The notes below the pieces were generated by a model that saw nothing but the letters and a program-made list of their open reading frames with translations, had not been told where the DNA came from and did no database searches. A stretch of DNA of 51,149 nt, taken from positions 186,001 to 237,149 of the forward strand of contig NW_027191486.1 of NCBI RefSeq assembly GCF_011745625.1, written 5' to 3'. The translations under genes and the position numbers were made by a program. Source of the DNA: Cladosporium halotolerans. Lineage: Eukaryota. Below, in pieces: positions 21,089-32,667 of this stretch (within the stretch, counting starts at the first letter, position 1; each line of letters begins with the position of its first letter).

Positions 21089-22730
21089 TTAATTCGAGCT
21101 TTCTCCCTCGCTTTCCAAGACTTCTATCACGCCACCGACAAGGTGCAAGCTACCTGTGACAAGGACTTCCACGTTGTCATTCGGTGCAAGTTCTCTCGCC
21201 TTAGCAATCGCCTCTTCGATGGTAGATAGGACATGCACACTGGCATCAGGGTCAATGCTGTCCCAGGAGCCGGCAAGCTCCTTTTGGACCTTGAGAGTAT
21301 CGACATCACTCTTGTTGGTGTTGATTGATACAAGATCAGCCTTGAAGCCCGCGTCTTTGTATGTGGTGTTGGTGCAGAAGATTGCGTGCTTGAAAGGATG
21401 GGTGTCGCTCAGGGCAGATGCAAGAGTGTCGTGCAACTTGCGCGCCAGTGAAGCAGCGTCTCGTGTCTGCTGGTTGAAAATCAAGATTCGAGTCTTGTTC
21501 TGTGATATCTTCTGTGATTGCGACGCCAGGGTAGCGAACCACGATCCGGCCATCTCTATGCTCTCCAAGGTGTGGCCACCGTCGATGTACCATGTGAGAT
21601 TCTGGAGCTGTCGATCGGACCTGACTTCACAACGTCCGCCAAGATGGACCTGCTCCAGGCCAGCAATGAATTCAGCCGGCAGCGCAGTATCCTTGTCGCG
21701 AGGGTCTGGCAAGCCAGAGTAGCCCAGCTTCTGCAAATGCGCCGCGCACACAGCGATAGCGACTGACGCATTGGTTTTCTGGAACTCGCCGTGCAGTCCG
21801 AGTTTGATTTGCTCAAGAGCAGCGTATTTGGGAACTTCGAGAAGCTCAGTCTTCCTCTCTTGGGCACGCTCGTGCAGGACCTTGAGGGCTGACTGAGGTT
21901 GTGGCGCAGTAAATGCGGGCACACCCTCCTTGAAAACACCAGCCTTGTGCCAGGCAATACTCTCGATAGTGTCACCAAGCATCGCTGTGTGATCTATACC
22001 CAAGCTAGTCACACCAGTCGCGGACGGCTTCACCAGAATATTGGTACTGTCGTATTCGCCACCAATGCCGCATTCCAGTACCGCCGTACCGACTTTCTCC
22101 TGCATGTAAGAGTGCAGTGCCATTAGAGTGAGGAAACGGAAGTAGACGGGCTTGGTCTCTGTGCTCTTAGGGTCTGGATGGCCAGCCTTTGCGGCAGCGT
22201 CCTCTAGACGATCCCATACCTGGAAAAAGTACTTGGCGAAAGATTCCTCTGACAAAGGCTGGTTGTTAATCTGAATGCGTTCCCTGACGAAGCGAAGATG
22301 AGGGCTCGTGTATAGCCCGACGCTCGTAGGCAGACGCTCTGCGTGTATGCTGGATTTTGCAGGCAAATACTGAGCCAGAATCGAAGAGATAAAGGATGAA
22401 GTACTTCCTTTGCCTTTGGTTCCGGCGATGTGAATTGGATTTAAGGTGTCGAAATCGGCAGGCTACTTCGTGTTAGAAAGGGTACTCATCACAAGTCAAG
22501 ACAACTCACACCTCATAACCAGTCTTTTTGACCCATTCTATCATCTCCGGTATAGCATTCTGGTTCATGCCCTTGCCGGACTTCCTTATCGCATCGACAA
22601 TCGAAAAATTGCTTTGCAACGTGTTGAGCGCCGCTACGGCGGCATTGTAGTCGCGCGCCATGCTGCTGTATTGCGCAATGTGCTTATACAGGGGCGAAGT
22701 TGCACGGCGAAAAGCGTGCGACATTAGCAT
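21089..22730 (-). CDS. MET7: Folylpolyglutamate synthase (mitochondrial and cytosolic starts)
   Basis: Exons 22730-22512 and 22462-21089. Motifs HIAGTKGKGST, GLYTSPHL, ECGIGGEYDSTN, YIDGGHT and VTGSLHLVG. Second in-frame ATG at 22661 (MARDY). Confidence 0.93.
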
Positions 22731-22847
22731 TGACACATCACGGCTTCAGGCATGTTCGGCGTTGTGCAGCTGCAGCAGCGAGTGGACCGGATGACGAGCG
22801 AAGGACTGCAAGTCTGTGCGCTGCGAACCGACCTCGGACCCTGGTCG

Positions 22848-22967
22848 ACGCGACCCAGGCGCGCCATCGCGTCCCACTCTAAAGCCGCGTTGGACGCTGG
22901 CTCTGAAACATCCTCGTCTACCAACATCGCCATTCTTGTCTTCTTACACCCCTCTCGCAGACCGCGT
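22848..22967. promoter_or_regulatory. Cluster of MCB-like (ACGCG-core) elements in the MET7/MSH6 bidirectional promoter
   Basis: acgcga 22848, tcgcgt 22867, ccgcgt 22885 and ccgcgt 22962, all within the 241-nt intergenic gap. Confidence 0.45.
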
Positions 22968-22971
22968 AACC

Positions 22972-25900
22972 ATGGCGCGTGGTATAGAGGGAAATGAGAT
23001 TGCCACGCCTCGAACGGCACCCAGGAAGACCGGCGGCCCCACGCAGAAGTCGGGTGGGAAACAGCAGAGCATCGCTGGATTCTTCAAGCGAACGCCTGGT
23101 CCAGCTCCACCGAGCGCTGCTCCTCAAGCGAAGGTCTCTACATTCAACCCTGTTCCCACAGAGACACAGTCTAGTGCCGATGCAACACCTGTTCCAAGTA
23201 GCTTGCCCGCACCGTCTTCCAGCCCTCAACCAGCCCTGGAATCATCGCAGACAGATCCGACAGACAACGGACGGAACAAAGAGAACGGTGAGTTGCAAAC
23301 GATTGAGAGGCTCAAGCTCTGACTGACCCGCTGAGAAGTGACTCCAGATACCCTCCAGTCCAGCCCAATCCGCAAAGCCAAGAAGAAGGTCAATTACGTT
23401 GAATCAGACGACGAAGACGACGATGTGTTCAAGCCACTGTCGGGGAATGGAAGGGCTGCAAAGAGGAGGCGTGTGAGCACAAAAGAGGACTCAGATGACG
23501 ATTTTGGCCTTGACGCAGCAACCCAGGCTGCGATGGAAGACGACGACGGTAAGTCATCACACCCAAATGCGGTTTACGGGGACAATTACGAGGCCTTAGG
23601 AGCGCTTCTCAACCTCCAAACCTTGTCTAGGCGACGGCCAGTTCCCACACCTCAGGCTGACTCTATAAAATCAGAAGACATGGATGATTTCATTGCACCC
23701 GAGGACGACGAGGATGAAGTGAAGCCGCAACGGTCCAAGAAATCATCAGCCTCGTCTTCTCGAAAAGCATCAATAAAGCCACCACCGTCGCCCCCACATG
23801 AGGATAGTGAAGAGATCCCTGCTACATCGACTGCCCAGCAGTGGAAATTTGATCCAGATGCGCCGGTTTCCAACGAGCCAAGGAAACCGGCTGCCGCACG
23901 CAGAAGCGAGTCTTCCGGCCTTCAAAAGAAGCAAAAAGCCCATGTTACAGAGCCGGAGAAGCGTTACCCATGGCTTGCCCACATTCTCGACGCTGACCGC
24001 AATCCAACCGATCATCCAGATTACGATCCGAGAACGATATTCATCCCGCCCATGGCTTGGAGCAAGTTCTCGCCTTTCGAAAAGCAATATTGGGAGATTA
24101 AGCAGAAATTCTGGGATACCATCGTCTTCTTCAAGAAGGGCAAGTTTTACGAGCTGTACGAGAAGGATGCCACAATTGGTCACCAACTCTTCGACTTGAA
24201 GCTCACTGATCGAGTCAACATGCGTATGGTCGGTGTGCCCGAGGCCAGCCTTGACCACTGGGCGAATCAATTCGTTGCAAAGGGCTACAAGATTGCTCGG
24301 GTGGATCAAATGGAAACCGCGCTTGGCAAGGACATGCGTGAGCGTGATCTCAAGGGCAAGAAAGAAGAGAAGGTCATCCGCAGAGAGCTTTCCACCGTCC
24401 TCACGTCCGGCACTCTCGTCGATGGCGGGATGCTGCAAGATGATATGGCGACTTACTGCGCTGCAATCAAAGAGACTGAGGAAGATGGAAAACCTTGCTT
24501 CGGTATTGCTTTCGTTGACACTGCCACTGCGCAGTTTCATCTCACTCAGTTTGTGGACGACGCGGACATGACACGATTTGAGACCTTTGTGGCGCAGACA
24601 AGACCCGGCGAGCTGCTCCTTGAGAAGAGTTGCATCTCGGCAAAAGCGCTTCGCATCCTCAAGAACAACACCCCTCCGACGACTATCTGGAACTATCTTA
24701 AGCCGGATAAGGAGTTCCTGTCAGCTGACAAGACCCGTATGACAATTGAGGCTGAAGGCTACTTCGACAAGGTTGAGGAGGACAGCATTGATTCCTGGCC
24801 TGCCGTTCTTCGAGAGGCCAAAGAGAAAGAGGAAGTATTCGCAGCTCTTGGTGCTCTCATCTGGTACCTCAAGACGCTCATGATCGAACGTGACCTGGTC
24901 ACTCTCGGCAATTTCAACTGGTACGACCCCATCCGCAAGGCATCTAGCCTGGTACTTGACGGCCAAAGCTTGATCAACCTCGAGATCTTCGCAAACACTT
25001 TCGACGGCAGTACTGATGGAACGCTTTTCACTATGCTCAATCGTTGTATCAGTCCGTTCGGAAAGCGTATGCTTCGCCAATGGGTGTGCCATCCGCTGGC
25101 TGATCCCAAAAAAATAAACCAGCGCTTTGATGCAATTGATGCCTTGAATGCTGACGGCACGATCATGGACCGCTTCACGGCGTCTTTGGCACGCTTGCCC
25201 GACCTCGAGCGTCTGATCTCACGCATTCACGCTGGCAGGTGCAGACCTCAAGATTTCGTTAAAGTACTCGAAGGCTTTGAGCAGATCGAGTACACCATGA
25301 CCATGCTGAGTTCTTTTGGCTCCGGCGAGGGCGTGCTTGGCCAGCTCATATCTGCGATGCCAGACCTCGCGGGTGCCCTCCACCACTGGAAGGATGCATT
25401 CGACAGAACGAAGGCAAGAGAAGATGGCTTGTTCATCCCGCAACCAGGCGTGGAACAGGACTTTGACGAGAGCCAGGAACGCATTGACGGCATCTTGAAA
25501 TCACTGGATAAGCTGCTGAACCAATATCGGAAGGAGCTGGGCTCGTCAGCTATCAAGTATACGGACAACGGCAAAGAGATCTACCAGCTGGAAGTACCGA
25601 TCAAAGTGAAGGGCACGATCCCGAAGGACTGGAAACAGATGTCTGCCACCAAGCAGTGCAAGCGATGGTACTCACCAGCGCTTGAAGATCTGGTCCAAGA
25701 TCTCAAAGAGGCTCAAGAAATGCACGCCCAGACCGTCAAGGAACTTGCAGGACGCTTTTTTGCTCGTTTCGACATCGACTACCCCGTCTGGCTAGCTGCC
25801 GTCAAGATCATTGCGCAGCTGGACTGCCTGATTTCCCTGGCCAAAGCATCTACTGCCCTCGGTGTACCATCGTGCAGACCCGAATTCGTCGACGAAGACA

Positions 25901-26733
25901 ATGCACGCAGCGTGCTGGAGTTCGCAGAGCTCCGCCACCCCTGCATCGAAACCTCCACAACCTTCATCCCCAATGACATCGTCCTCGGCGGCGACAACCC
26001 CTCCATGGACCTCCTCACCGGCGCCAACGCAGCCGGCAAAAGTACCGTGCTCCGCATGACCTGCGTCGCCGTCATCCTCGCCCAGATCGGCTGCTACGTG
26101 CCGTGCGCCGCCGCGCGCATGACGCCCGTCGACCGCATCATGTCGCGCCTCGGCGCGCACGACAACATCTTCGCCGGCCAGAGCACCTTCATGGTCGAGC
26201 TGTCGGAGACCAAGAAGATCCTCGCCGAGGCCACGCCGCGCTCGCTCGTCATCCTCGACGAGCTCGGCCGTGGCACAAGCAGCTACGACGGCGTCGCCGT
26301 CGCCCAGGCCGTCCTGCACCACGTCGCCACCCACATCGGCGCGCTGGGCTACTTCGCCACGCATTACCACAGCCTCGCGGCGGAGTTTCGCCACCACCCT
26401 GAGATCGCGGCCAAGCGCATGGCGGTGCAGGTCGACGGCGACGCACGCGGGGTGACGTTTCTGTACAGGCTTGAGGACGGCGTGGCGGAGGGCAGCTACG
26501 GCATGCACTGTGCGGCTATGTGTGGGATCCCGGAGAAGGTCGTCGAGAGGGCGGAGGAGGCGGCGAGGAGCTGGGAGCACACGGGCAGGATCAAGGAGAG
26601 CTTGGAGCGGGCGAAGGAGAGCACGTGGTTACCCCTGGGCATGTTGAGCGATGTTAGCTGGTTGTTGAAGGGGGAGGGAGAGGTTACGGAGGGTAGTTTG
26701 GAGGTGCTGAGGAAGGGAATTGCTGCTTTGTGA
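22972..26733 (+). CDS. MSH6: DNA mismatch repair protein Msh6
   Basis: N-terminal PIP box QQSIAGFF, mismatch-binding FFKKGKFYELY, Walker A TGANAAGKST, STFMVE, DELGRGTS and FATHY. Introns 23288-23338 and 23549-23674. Confidence 0.97.
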
Positions 26734-27131
26734 GAGGGATGGTTCAATGGTGTAGGCGACGGCTGGTCACGTTGCTCTGTATGAGATAGTATGGCTTCGT
26801 TCGCGAATGGCTGGCGTTCAGGCGACGGGTTTAGTCTTGGTCGCTCAATGTATACAGTTGATAGCTTGAAATGGACCAACTGGCACTGTTCTTTTCAACC
26901 CCCCCGATCTAGAAGTTATGCAGTCTCTTTTGCCAGTTTCGAGGTCCTCAGCTTGACCAAAACTATGTTTGCCCATGTGCAAAGTCCGAACGGGTTCACA
27001 GACCCTGGCGAAGGATTCGTACAGCGGGCCTTGCAAAAAGGCGCACACTCGCCATCTCACCTGGCGTACGGAAGTCGATTTCTGCAGGCTTTCGCCGGAA
27101 TGCATGCCCGCACTGGCAAAAGCAAAACAAC

Positions 27132-27214
27132 AGCTTCCTCCCGTGATCGAAACAGGGACCTTAGGATATCTTGCATCGCTGCAACCCCACGCTCTACCAC
27201 TGAGCTAAAGAAGC
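27132..27214 (-). tRNA. tRNA-Cys(GCA) with an 11-nt intron
   Basis: Reverse strand reads GCTTCTT TA GCTC AGTGGTA GAGC G TGGGG TT GCA G [cgatgcaagat] A TCCTA AGGTC CCTGT TTCGATC ACGGG AGGAAGC T. U73 discriminator, intron 27168-27178 at the canonical 37/38 site, and a TTTT terminator just downstream. Confidence 0.9.
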
Positions 27215-28213
27215 TGGTATTATTTAAGCATTACCGATGACCAAAATTTCATATACAGCATTAATTCGAGACCTCATCAGCGTTGGGCTCTGGAGCGGGC
27301 TTTGGGCCACCTAGTTTACGCTGCATCAAGAATGGACGAGTCTCTGTAAAGACTCCGGAGAAGTTACCGCACATCCGGATCGAAACGGCAGGGCTTTTCT
27401 TTTGAGAATATTCTGAGACCTACTCCGAGGATTTTCATATACCAGCGCACATACAATGTCATCCATGTGATTCAGCGTTCACGAGGATACAGCGGTCTGA
27501 GGTGCCATGAGCTCGAAGTCTTGTGTATTCAGTACATGCGGGGTGATCAGCTCTATCCTGCTGCAACTCGTCTCACAACAATGTAACGAGGATATGATAT
27601 AGTACTTGCATTGGAGTGAATGGTACGATAAGCATGAGGTATACGGTTCAAAGGCCATCAGCACTTTCAAGCGTGAGACATTCGCGTGGAGCAGCGCGTC
27701 GTAGCGTGCCTTGCTCCCCGCGGCTGCTCCGCCTGCCAATCAAGCCCGCGCCGCCAGCTTCGGCACGGCAGGCAAGCAGAGAGCACCCAAGGGAGCTCTC
27801 AGCTCACCACCACCACCACTTGCCTGCGGTAGCGGTACTCTACCCGGGACGTATGACTGCCTGCAGCCTGCGCACTTTGCCTTTGCTCCCTGTACCCGCA
27901 CCACGCTCGCACCACGCTCGCTTAAGGGAGCCTCCGCCTCACTCGGCCAGCTCGTCGGCAATCGCCCATATCGCGCTACTCCGCGTCTCGTCGTTTGATG
28001 CACGCACTTGCACCCGCATCGAGACATAGCCCAACCTTCGTTGCACCCGCCTGCTTACGCCAGCTCCCTTCACACCTCACAACCCTCAACTCTGACCCAC
28101 GACAACCTCGACTGCTGCTACAAACACACGACAACACCCTCCCACCTCCACCTCCTCAGTTTGGTCCTCCCATACAATAGATCTTTGGCCTGGTGCCGCC
28201 CTCCACCGCCAAC

Positions 28214-30656
28214 ATGAAGGCTGCACCCCTCCTCGTCGCCTGGCACGACGAAAATGCCCCGATCTACTCAGCACACTTCGAACCCGGCGGTAAAGGCCGA
28301 TTAGCAACAGCAGGCGGCGATCACCATGTCAGAGTAGGTTCATTTCTGGTCAGCTCCAGGGACTGCAGCTTACTGACGATTCCAAGATCTGGAAGATCGA
28401 GGCGAATGGAGAAGAGCGGAAGGTAACATACTTGGCGACTCTACAAAAACACACGCAAGCGGTCAATGTCGTTCGCTGGTGTCCTCGAGGTCAGTTCCTG
28501 TGGCATTCTTCTGCTGCTGCCTACCTTACACATGCTGACAACAACATCAGGTGAAATGCTTGCTACAGCGGGAGACGACGGCAACGTTCTGCTTTGGGTA
28601 CCTTCCGAGAATCCTGCACACAATTCAAACTTCGGAGAAGACGGGCTGGAAGACGTGGAAACATGGCGGGTCAAGACAATGTGCAGGTCAAGCAGTGGAT
28701 CAGAGATCTACGATTTAGCTTGGTCTCCTGACGGCGCGTTCTTCATCACTGGCAGCATGGACAACGTTGCAAGGATATACAATGCTACAAATGGTGAGTG
28801 GACGCTATGGAAATCTTACAGAGAGCACTGGCTTACAGCATGCAGGAACTACTGTTCGACAAATCGCCGAGCACAACCACTACGTGCAGGGCGTTGCCTG
28901 GGATCCGCTGAACGAATATGTTGCAACACAGTCGTCCGACCGATCTGTACACATCTACACATTAAAGACGAAGGACGGCCAGTTCACTCTCACTCAGCAT
29001 AACAAGGTCACCAAAATGGACCTCCCAGCTCGTCGCATCTCTTCAAATAGCCCGGCACCTCCAGACTTCGGTTCGGGCAATCACCGAGCAGCTTTCGTCC
29101 AAGATGGTGGCTACGCGGTAGTGGGATCTCTGGCACCTTCAGCTCCTGGTACACCACAGTCTCTCGCCCTCCCGATGAATCCGCCTCCCACCTCCCACAG
29201 TCGAAGATCTTCATTCGGGTCACAAATGGGTACTGGTATGACCGTGCGCCGCTCGGTATCGCCGAGTCCGTCAATGCCGCTCCCTGCAGTGATGCCCTCT
29301 GCGTCTCCAAGCGTCTCGGGTAGCTTCGGCGTCGATGTCCGCAATGCAAATCTGTACGCCAACGAGACCTTCACATCGTTCTTCCGCAGACTATCATTCG
29401 CCCCGGATGGAAGTTTACTTTTCACGCCGGCTGGACAGTACAAGACTTCTACTTTGCCTGGACCTGAGCCGAGTAAGAAGGACGACGACATCCTCAACAC
29501 CGTCTACGTCTACACCCGCGCGGGGCTAAACAAGCCTCCCGTTGCTCACCTTCCTGGACACAAAAAGCCTTCGATAGCTGTCAAGTGCTCGCCAGTGTAT
29601 TACAACCTCCGAGTGAATGCCCCAGAAACAAAGGAGATCACCATCGACACCAAAGCTGAGGATGATATACCGCCTCTGCCCGAACCAGCTCATCCCACAA
29701 AAGCACCGACATCTCACGCTTCCATGGACCCACCACCTCTAGCACCTTCGCCATCTCCAAGTGTTGCAACTATGGCATCGCCGAGAGTTGCCGACACGGA
29801 GCCTAGTCCAACAACGACCGGGCCTCCTGCGGGGCCAGTGCCTGCTTTTGGTCTGCCCTACAGGGTTGTCTATGCTGTCGCCACGCAGGATGCTGTGCAT
29901 GTCTACGATACGCAGCAGACCAAGCCTCTCTGCGTGGTCAGCAACTTGCACTACGCCACATTCACCGATTTGACCTGGTCGAGCGATGGCCAGACTCTCC
30001 TGATGACCTCGTCTGATGGCTTCTGCTCAGCTCTGACCTTCGCACCCGGAGAACTAGGATCCGTCTACCACCCGCCTCCAGGCGCCGCGCGACAAACTCC
30101 AACGCCCATCTCCGTAGCGCGAGCCAACTCCGCCTCCTCAACTCCCCAAGCAACACCCACAACAATCCCCGCCGTCCCAGCCCTCCCCCGCCAACCCTCA
30201 AACCCACCAACCAACAACTCCAACACCATCGCCCCACCACCCGCCCCCTCGCCCTCACCCCTAACGCAACCCGCCCGCCCCGCCTCCCCAGCCCGCAGCA
30301 TGTCCGCTTCCAGCGCCGCCAGCTTCGCCCACCCGCCCGACCAGAACGCTCCGCCCGCCATGAACAACCCCACGCCCTCGATGAGCAGCGTGCCCTCCAT
30401 CGCCGCCGCCGGTTCTGGAGGCGCTACGGGGCCCCTGCCGCTTTTCACGCCGCCGCAGACGCCGGGCGCGTCGGCGGCTAGTAATGGGGCTGCGAGCGCT
30501 GTTGCGGCGGGTGTGAAGCGGGAGGGAGAAGGTGCGGAGGAGGGTGGGAGGGAGAAGAGGAGACGGATTGCGCCGACGCTTGTTAGTGCTGAGGAGGAGA
30601 AGCCGCAGGCGCAAAGTGGACAGGAGGGTGGGGGAGGTGGAGGTGGAGGTGCGTGA
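28214..30656 (+). CDS. CAC2: Chromatin assembly factor 1 subunit B (p60), WD40
   Basis: MKAAPLLVAWHDENAPIYS...RLATAGGD, HTQAVNVVRW, HNHYVQGVAWDP, SFFRRLSFAPDGSLL, and the C-terminal Asf1-binding B-domain KRRRIAPTLV; 3 introns near the 5' end. Confidence 0.95.
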
Positions 30657-31143
30657 GGTCGATGGTACGTGGTGTAGGTGGATTTCTCTGGGTTGGTTTC
30701 TGCTTCTGTCGAGGGAACAATCTCCTGATGGTCTTTTTCTCTTTTTTTCTGGTTTTTAGCCCGGCGTTGGTTGGATGGTATGCGTCTTTGGCATTTTACC
30801 GCTGCAGTGTTCGCTGCATGCATCATGCCGTAGATATCGGCGTTGATGGCGGACATTTCGGCCTGGTTCGGAAGAGGCACGGGATCTCTTTCTTCTCCGT
30901 TTTGCTGCGAGGCAGCGAAGATACCATTACGGGATTTATGGTAGATTTCAAGATGAATTTCATTACATCGTGGAAGGCGGCGGACGGTAACTCATTCTCC
31001 ACTTCTTTCTCATTGTGTTGAGTCGGTCACCAGCGCATTTCCGAGTTCTGGTACGATAGGATGTGATTGTACAAATACAGCCGAGCGTCTCACGCCCGGT
31101 CTTTTGACATTTCTTACAATATATTTACATGCGAAAACCCAAC

Positions 31144-32667
31144 CTACTCATCCCCCTCCTCCTCCTCCCACTCCTCAAACTCCCCCTCCTCCTCTCCCTC
31201 CCCAACAACGCTCCTCCAAACCCTCTCCCAAAGCCCCTTCTTATGCACCATCCCCAGCACAAGCACGACGGGCAAATGCCACACGCTCGCCCAGAACAGC
31301 GCCCGCGCGCTGCCCCGCTCGCCGTTGAACCGCCAGAACCGCACCGCCTCGCGCAGCATCCAGGCGTTGATCGCGCTGCTGGTCGCCAGGAAGGCCGAGT
31401 CCGTCACGCCCGCGTAGCTCAGCGCGCCGCAGATCGGGAACATCGCCAGGCTGTAGCGCAGCGACACCCGCGCCGCCATCGGGATGTTCGTGCTCGTGAG
31501 CATCCTGTAGCCGGCGCCCGCGTACTCGTGGCGCACCGCGTGCGACAGCGCGAAGAAGTGCGGGAACTGCCATGCGAAGAGGATCGCGGCTAGCAGCCAG
31601 CCGCCCGTCGCCTGCGGCGTGAAGAGCAGCTCGCGCGCTTCGGCGGCGACGCTCGCGGGGGACGTCGGCGAAGTGGTCGTCGTGCTGTACTGGCTCGCGG
31701 CGGCGCACCAGCCCATGAGGGGCGGGACGGCGCCGACGACGGCGCCCACCCACGTGTTGGCGGGGTGCAGGCGCTTGAGCGGCGTGTAGGCGAAGGCGTA
31801 GAGGGCGAGGTTGCCGGCGCCGAGGAGGGCGGTGGTCGGGTTCACGCCGTACCAGAGCGTGCCGGTGCCGAGGAGGCCGGTGGCGAGCGCGAAGAGGAGG
31901 GCGGCGCGTTTGGTGAGGAGGCCGCGGACGAGCGGGCGGTTGCGCGTGCGCGACATGCGGGCGTCGTGCGCGGGCTCGAAGAGCATGTTGAGGGTGTTGG
32001 CTGAGGCGATGGTGAGGAAGGTGCCGGTTGTGAGGAAGCCGAGGGTTAGGGTGCTGAGGGAGGGGGCGGCGGTTGCGGAGGTGCTGAGAAGGGCTGGCAC
32101 GGGGTAGATTGAGTATGAGGCGGTTGTGGTGAGGACGACGAGGAAGGCGAGGCGGGGCTTGGAGAGAGCGAGGAAGGTGTTGATTGTGCGTTTGAGGGAG
32201 CGCGAGGGCGCTTCGGAGGCGGCTCGCGAGAGGGTGGAGGAGGCATCTGGGGGGAGCGGTTGTTCGGCGGCCGGGAGTGTGGTTGCCTCTGCGGCGTCCT
32301 TTAAGCGCTTTCGTCGTCGGTGAGGCGGTTCTGCCGGCGCTATTACTGCCGGTTGCGATTCTGAAGGTGGATGTGTTGCGGCGAAGGCCGCTGTGGATTG
32401 TGCTCGTCTTCTATCCGGCGCATATGATCTGACCCAGAAGCTCCCTCCCACTTTGCCCAGCTCTTGTCTAGTCTTTACAGCATTTGACCAGAAATATGTT
32501 TGTTCCAGTGGTTGGTTCTGTGAGGCCGCAGCCTGCTTTGCTTTTGAAGTTATCGAGAAATGTCGTAGGCCGCGATTCGGCCTCTGTAATAATCTGCCGG
32601 CGCAGGATGCGCATACATCATCCAGTCGAATTGCGTGCGCCCTGGCGGCGTAGGGCGGGCGAAACAT
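31144..32667 (-). CDS. COX10: Protoheme IX farnesyltransferase (heme O synthase), mitochondrial
   Basis: LSKPRL, D-x-x-MSRTRNRPLVRG, YTPLKR, NTWVGAVVGAVPPLMGW and WQFPHF; Arg-rich presequence starting at ATG 32667. Confidence 0.95.
   Translation of the reverse strand: MFRPPYAARAHAIRLDDVCASCAGRLLQRPNRGLRHFSITSKAKQAAASQNQPLEQTYFWSNAVKTRQELGKVGGSFWVRSYAPDRRRAQSTAAFAATHPPSESQPAVIAPAEPPHRRRKRLKDAAEATTLPAAEQPLPPDASSTLSRAASEAPSRSLKRTINTFLALSKPRLAFLVVLTTTASYSIYPVPALLSTSATAAPSLSTLTLGFLTTGTFLTIASANTLNMLFEPAHDARMSRTRNRPLVRGLLTKRAALLFALATGLLGTGTLWYGVNPTTALLGAGNLALYAFAYTPLKRLHPANTWVGAVVGAVPPLMGWCAAASQYSTTTTSPTSPASVAAEARELLFTPQATGGWLLAAILFAWQFPHFFALSHAVRHEYAGAGYRMLTSTNIPMAARVSLRYSLAMFPICGALSYAGVTDSAFLATSSAINAWMLREAVRFWRFNGERGSARALFWASVWHLPVVLVLGMVHKKGLWERVWRSVVGEGEEEGEFEEWEEEEGDE

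Noticed and set aside
23549..23674. Longer MSH6 intron as a possible introner-like element or snoRNA host
   Set aside because: I saw no similarity to other introns in the window and no convincing C/D or H/ACA box pair; a genome-wide search would be needed.
25792..26879. Minus-strand ORFs over the MSH6 3' end, and similar ones over CAC2, COX10 and PPZ1
   Set aside because: Antisense open frames caused by strong GC3 bias in well-identified genes.
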